Shown here one piece after another: positions 53,339 to 57,354 of a DNA stretch of 57,354 bases (positions are counted from its first letter, which is position 1; the number at the start of each line of letters is the position of its first letter). The stretch is taken from the IMG/VR virus record IMGVR_UViG_3300028165_000034, positions 62,001-119,354 of that record; one strand, written 5' to 3'. Source of the DNA: an uncultured virus (IMG/VR IMGVR_UViG_3300028165_000034). Lineage: Duplodnaviria > Heunggongvirae > Uroviricota > Caudoviricetes. A model generated the notes under the pieces. The model did not search any database, was not told the DNA's origin, and worked only from the letters and a program-made list of their open reading frames with translations. Position numbers and translations under genes: made by a program.

Positions 53339-54864
53339 TAGCGGTTCCTTTTGCGGCTTGCTTTCTGCTGTTTACGCTTTTCTTTGGCGCCGGGCTTGGA
53401 TGGACGCGACTTTGGATTGGCAGCTGCCGCCTTCGCTTCGACACGTTGCTGGTGCTGCCACGCAAGCCCTTGCAGCTTGTCTTTGGTGCTCGGGTCTTCA
53501 CCTGCAGGAGGTGGTAGCGCTCCAGTATCAATGTTCCAGATACCGGGACCAGCAGGACCTGGCTCACCGGCCCAGCTACGCACACCACGAGTCACCGTGC
53601 CTGTCTTACCCAACCCTGCAGGGTACGAGTCCAGGAAGAACTTCGGCGGGTTGTTGCTGAATGAATCGAACAGCGCCTCGAACAGCGACTCACCACTTTG
53701 TGGTTCAGCGTCTTTTGGCGGTGACATACCCTCTGCAAGGATGGCAAGGCGAGCCAGTGTCAAGCGCAGCGCTATGTTGGACTTGCCGCCCATTGCATTG
53801 CGCATGAACGTTTCGGCAATGCTCGGGCGTGGCGAGTGCGGCGTGGAGAAGCTGTAGAACATCCCAGGCTTGATGCCACCAGAGAGCATTTCGGTCGCGC
53901 TAATCAGATGATCTGGAAGGTTCAGCTTCCCGAGACGCATTTCGTCAACTGGACACTCCGTCACAATGACAGTACGGCTAAACGGGTTCATGCCAATATC
54001 GCTGTCGCCGAACATGGCGCGAATACGCTCACCTTCTGCGATCTGATGCGGGTGTGGCTTAGGCCAAGTAGCAACCGGCGTGGTCCTGAACTCGAAGCCT
54101 TTGTTATTCGGAGGTGTTGGATTCGACGCACGCTCAATCCGCACGTTCTGACCCATCAGCGCTTCTGGCATGACGTTGAGCAAGTCGAGGAGCGGCGTTG
54201 GGCGTCTGACCTCGCGCTCCTGCTTTTTCTGCTTCAACTGCGAGGCGTAGTAATGTGCGATACCCAGTAGCCACGTATCCTGCAGGTACGTTTCGTCCAT
54301 GGCCAGCGCACTCTCGCCGGTCCAACCTTCGTAGTTGACGCACGACTTCTTCAGGCGTACCTCAGCGATTTCTTCAATCTCGCGCTCGGCTTCCTTGAGC
54401 ACGTACTGGACGTCGATGGCTGGAGCGCCCTTGCCTTCTTCGTGACTGTTCCAGCGCGTCATGTAGCGCTCTGGTTGATCACGGTCTGGAATGAAGTAGC
54501 TGGCGTCGCTCCAGTCCTGTTCAGCCCACCAGTCAGTAGCCAGATGCGGAAGCAGCGCAACGAACGCTTCCTGCGTATTGTCGTAGTTCTTGAAGCACAT
54601 GCCGAAGACCAGCTTGTTACCCTCAAGGTGCGTCTTGATCGGCTCGTCCCAGCTTGGTGCCTGTTTGTTGCCGTTGCTGAATGCCCCAGGAACGAAGCGA
54701 TGGCGGTCGGCGAGGCACAGCAGATGGAAAGCGTGCAGGCGTTTGAAGTGCTCAGGTACAGGCAGCATGTGCCAGTAGTCTTCGCGCTCGACGATCTGCT
54801 TAACCACGTCTACAAGTTCGGGCTTGATGGTTGCTTCGCCACGCAGGTAGTTGTAAGTTCCCAC
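53338..54864 (-). CDS. Hypothetical protein
   Basis: 508 aa, GTG start with AAGGAG RBS; basic C-terminal tail. Confidence 0.7.
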   Translation of the reverse strand: MGTYNYLRGEATIKPELVDVVKQIVEREDYWHMLPVPEHFKRLHAFHLLCLADRHRFVPGAFSNGNKQAPSWDEPIKTHLEGNKLVFGMCFKNYDNTQEAFVALLPHLATDWWAEQDWSDASYFIPDRDQPERYMTRWNSHEEGKGAPAIDVQYVLKEAEREIEEIAEVRLKKSCVNYEGWTGESALAMDETYLQDTWLLGIAHYYASQLKQKKQEREVRRPTPLLDLLNVMPEALMGQNVRIERASNPTPPNNKGFEFRTTPVATWPKPHPHQIAEGERIRAMFGDSDIGMNPFSRTVIVTECPVDEMRLGKLNLPDHLISATEMLSGGIKPGMFYSFSTPHSPRPSIAETFMRNAMGGKSNIALRLTLARLAILAEGMSPPKDAEPQSGESLFEALFDSFSNNPPKFFLDSYPAGLGKTGTVTRGVRSWAGEPGPAGPGIWNIDTGALPPPAGEDPSTKDKLQGLAWQHQQRVEAKAAAANPKSRPSKPGAKEKRKQQKASRKRNR

Positions 54865-54874
54865 TTGTCTCTCC

Positions 54875-55744
54875 TTATTTGAAGCTGTAGTCCCATTGAA
54901 GTGACGGTTCCACTACCGCCGACACGTATGCAAGGGTTTGTTCTTGGGTGAAGATTTCAGCCAGTGCACCGTTGATGCCAGTGACGTTCGCACCCTCGTA
55001 AGGGCTCTCGGTTTCCGCAGTTACTGTCACCTTGGCTTGCTCGACAGCGAATGCGTTGGCTTGCATCACCAGCAGGTACGGTGCGTACAGGGTGAGTTCC
55101 TTGTACGGTACCAGGGCAATCGTACCAAGACCGTGTGCGCGCAGTTGCACCTTGTGAGTTTCAACGCGACGGTCCGTGCGACGGAAGACTTCCCAGCCGC
55201 CGAAGAAGTCGAGCACCTTGGGCACGCTGTCAAACTCAAACACCTCGTCACCGAACAGCACTTCGATTTCACCGTTCAGGTCAGCAGGCGAGTAGCGCAG
55301 GAAACGAATCGACGCGATCACTGTCTCCACGCCGATGAAGCGCACGTCCACGCGCGGGATGTTGCTGGCATGGTCACCGAAGCCGTCGATGGTCATTTCG
55401 ACTTCTGCAGGCTCGAAGACGTCCGACTCCCGTAGGTTCTCGACGAACTGGTTGATTTCCTGACGCTGGTGCGATTGCGTCTTGCGGACCGCAGCGTTGG
55501 CTTGCACCATGCGCTCAAACCAGGAGTCGAAGTTCTGGCGCGATGCCAGTTTGCTTTGCGCACCTACACCTACCACCAGCACTGGAGTGCCAGTCTTCTG
55601 TTTGAAGGTCTTGCCGAGCAGCACCTCAAAGCGGATGTACGAGCCCTTCTTGTACGCGACTTGCTTGTCGCCGAACACGCCTTCCTCAAACTCTATGTCG
55701 GGAAAGCGCTCTTGCAAGTAGGCTAGCTGTTCTTCAAAAGTCAT
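54875..55744 (-). CDS. Hypothetical protein
   Basis: AAGGA RBS, coupled ORF. Confidence 0.7.
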   Translation of the reverse strand: MTFEEQLAYLQERFPDIEFEEGVFGDKQVAYKKGSYIRFEVLLGKTFKQKTGTPVLVVGVGAQSKLASRQNFDSWFERMVQANAAVRKTQSHQRQEINQFVENLRESDVFEPAEVEMTIDGFGDHASNIPRVDVRFIGVETVIASIRFLRYSPADLNGEIEVLFGDEVFEFDSVPKVLDFFGGWEVFRRTDRRVETHKVQLRAHGLGTIALVPYKELTLYAPYLLVMQANAFAVEQAKVTVTAETESPYEGANVTGINGALAEIFTQEQTLAYVSAVVEPSLQWDYSFK

Positions 55745-56528
55745 TGGTTCCTTCTCCTACGTACACGGTATGTTCAGTGTCGCTGTTCAGGAACTTGGCG
55801 ATCACCGTTTCTTTGCTGTCCACTCGTCCAGCGACAACGACCTTGTGGGCCTTGAAGTTGCGGTACCCTCGGGCCGTCAGGTAGATGAACGAGCTGGCGA
55901 AGTGCGAGTCTGCAAGGAAGCACACGCGGTTGCCATCGTACTGTGCATCCACTTCACGTGGTGCTGGACGCGATTCGTCCGTGAGCAGCTTGAGCAGCTC
56001 CTCCAGCGTGTGAAACTCAGTGCCGAAGTTGTTGCAGAAGAACGTGGCGCACTCAGCACCTTGACCGCACGTGCGACCCAGATCGGACGAAAACAGGCCA
56101 ACGTCGACACGGAACAGCGCACGCCCATCGAAGGTGAAGTCCAGCACAATGTCGTTGCCTGGATTGCGCTTGTGGTCGATCTTGGCTTTCACCTTTTCGT
56201 ACCCTGGGATTGCGCGAACAGCTTCCAGATAGGTACGCAGCATGCCCTCACGTCGAGTGCCTGGGTTGTGATCCGACGGGATACGGAGCTGTGCTTCGAT
56301 GATACGCATTGCAGTGAGCGACGCCAGGATGTACGTCGGGATGCGGTGATGCCGCACCATGTTGCCCAGTTGCAACGTCACACCACCACGGCCGTGCGCA
56401 TTCGCCTTGATCGTCACGTTGGAGTCGTTGAAGTAGATGAAGTCCTCGTCAACGCCCAGCTGGACAGAATTCGTGTAGTGCTTGCGCAGCATTACTAACA
56501 ACGAGGTGAGTGGGTTTTTCTTGGCCAT
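55734..56528 (-). CDS. Hypothetical protein
   Basis: AAGGA RBS, coupled ORF. Confidence 0.7.
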   Translation of the reverse strand: MAKKNPLTSLLVMLRKHYTNSVQLGVDEDFIYFNDSNVTIKANAHGRGGVTLQLGNMVRHHRIPTYILASLTAMRIIEAQLRIPSDHNPGTRREGMLRTYLEAVRAIPGYEKVKAKIDHKRNPGNDIVLDFTFDGRALFRVDVGLFSSDLGRTCGQGAECATFFCNNFGTEFHTLEELLKLLTDESRPAPREVDAQYDGNRVCFLADSHFASSFIYLTARGYRNFKAHKVVVAGRVDSKETVIAKFLNSDTEHTVYVGEGTNDF

Positions 56529-56533
56529 GGTGC

Positions 56534-56959
56534 TTATCCTTCTACCTTGAAGCCGTCTTCGATCATGCGGAGCTTCGCGCCCGGCATCTTTTGCAATTCT
56601 GGGTACCCGACGTGTAGCACTGTCTCTCGGAACGGGATTGCCATCGGGTCACCTTTGATGTGGCGGAGTTTCATAAACTTGTACATGCCCCAGCGACCGT
56701 GCGCCACCAAGCGACCATCACCGACACGTACTGGGCTGAATGCAGCGAGTGGCAGGAAGAAGTGCCGTAAAACCTCTTTGCCATAATCGAGGTACGACAG
56801 GCTCAGATAGCGAGCGTTCGCCTGCGTGATACCCATACGGTGCAGGCTCAGTTCACCAGCAGTCGAGCACACCAGCATCCATGTTGTGGCGAGCATGTAC
56901 GCGCGGCAGAACAGAAAGGCCACGATACACCAAATAATCTCAGCTGAGGAAACGTTCAT
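56534..56959 (-). CDS. Hypothetical membrane protein
   Basis: Hydrophobic N-terminus IIWCIVAFLFCRAYMLATTWMLV. Confidence 0.6.
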   Translation of the reverse strand: MNVSSAEIIWCIVAFLFCRAYMLATTWMLVCSTAGELSLHRMGITQANARYLSLSYLDYGKEVLRHFFLPLAAFSPVRVGDGRLVAHGRWGMYKFMKLRHIKGDPMAIPFRETVLHVGYPELQKMPGAKLRMIEDGFKVEG

Positions 56960-57269
56960 GGTATTTCACCTGCGATGACTGGGCGTATTCGCTTTGGTTC
57001 TGGAGAATGGCAGTATCAATCGGTCGCGATTTCTTGTTGAGTGATTCGCTCTCGCCGTAGCACTCAAGCCCTGCCGAGCCGAAGCGCACGAATCCAGCAC
57101 TGACAACATCTTCCACGTCGATGCGCATACCGTGGCGTTGGCGACCCATACGGTAGACGGTCTCGAAGAAGTTCTTGTGGGTAATGACGCACGGGAACAA
57201 CAGGATCAGTTCGTAATCCTGTTCAAGGTCCCGATTGGTAGCGCTCACCACGATGTACTTCATCTGCAT
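56940..57269 (-). CDS. Phage hypothetical protein
   Basis: MKYIVV...FP..I.H...VVSAGFV...CYGESESL..KSR..D pattern; AAGGA RBS before ATG 57269. Confidence 0.7.
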   Translation of the reverse strand: MQMKYIVVSATNRDLEQDYELILLFPCVITHKNFFETVYRMGRQRHGMRIDVEDVVSAGFVRFGSAGLECYGESESLNKKSRPIDTAILQNQSEYAQSSQVKYHERFLS

Positions 57270-57288
57270 GTTCGAGTTCCTTAAGAGG

Positions 57289-57322
57289 AAAGGCCCAATG
57301 ACAACCGTCACTGAGCCTTTTT
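57289..57322 (-). terminator. Hairpin/terminator upstream of the - strand operon
   Basis: - strand AGGCTCAGTGAC-GGTT-GTCATTGGGCCT-TT; the flanking T run on + suggests it could act in both directions. Confidence 0.55.
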
Positions 57323-57354
57323 GTTTGCACGTTTGGCGCGCCGACGCTGTTTAC

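Noticed and set aside
1..57354. tRNA/rRNA genes, integrase, transposase, introns, or recoded stop codons
   Set aside because: None recognised. Intergenic gaps are short and standard-code ORFs tile the window densely; tRNAscan/Infernal were not run.

Overview
This window looks like a fragment of a large (probably jumbo) contractile-tailed dsDNA phage genome of moderately high GC. A Gram-negative, possibly pseudomonad, host is inferred from the lipoprotein/spanin-like genes; no database search was possible. Layout: (i) 1-2086 (- strand): thymidylate synthase, a winged-HTH protein and a partial gene. (ii) 2170-44784 (+ strand): a ~42 kb late/virion block. It runs from PAAR spike, gp25-like and gp6/J-like baseplate genes through a giant Ig-repeat protein, four paralogous collagen-like fibre proteins and a Cys-rich Calx-beta/lectin adhesin. 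It continues with a four-gene membrane cassette carrying a periplasmic-binding-like protein, five putative receptor-binding proteins sharing an N-terminal ML(S/T)L(I/V)P peptide, a lysis-like cassette and a NUDIX gene. (iii) After a convergent palindromic terminator, 44825-57269 (- strand): small early/accessory genes including a YgiB-like lipoprotein plus glutathionylspermidine-synthase-family ligase pair, DUF4326, HicB-like and MazG-like genes, and a stand-alone tail-sheath C-terminal-like domain. I saw no rRNA, tRNA, CRISPR array, integrase or transposase. The most striking unexplained structure is in the fibre system: a Cys fixed at the 10th (and 20th) Gly-X-Y triplet of the collagens, a shared docking-like peptide on swappable adhesins (with a decayed sixth copy), and a mirrored Pro-rich stalk inserted into an Ig domain. 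Family assignments are from motif recognition by eye.
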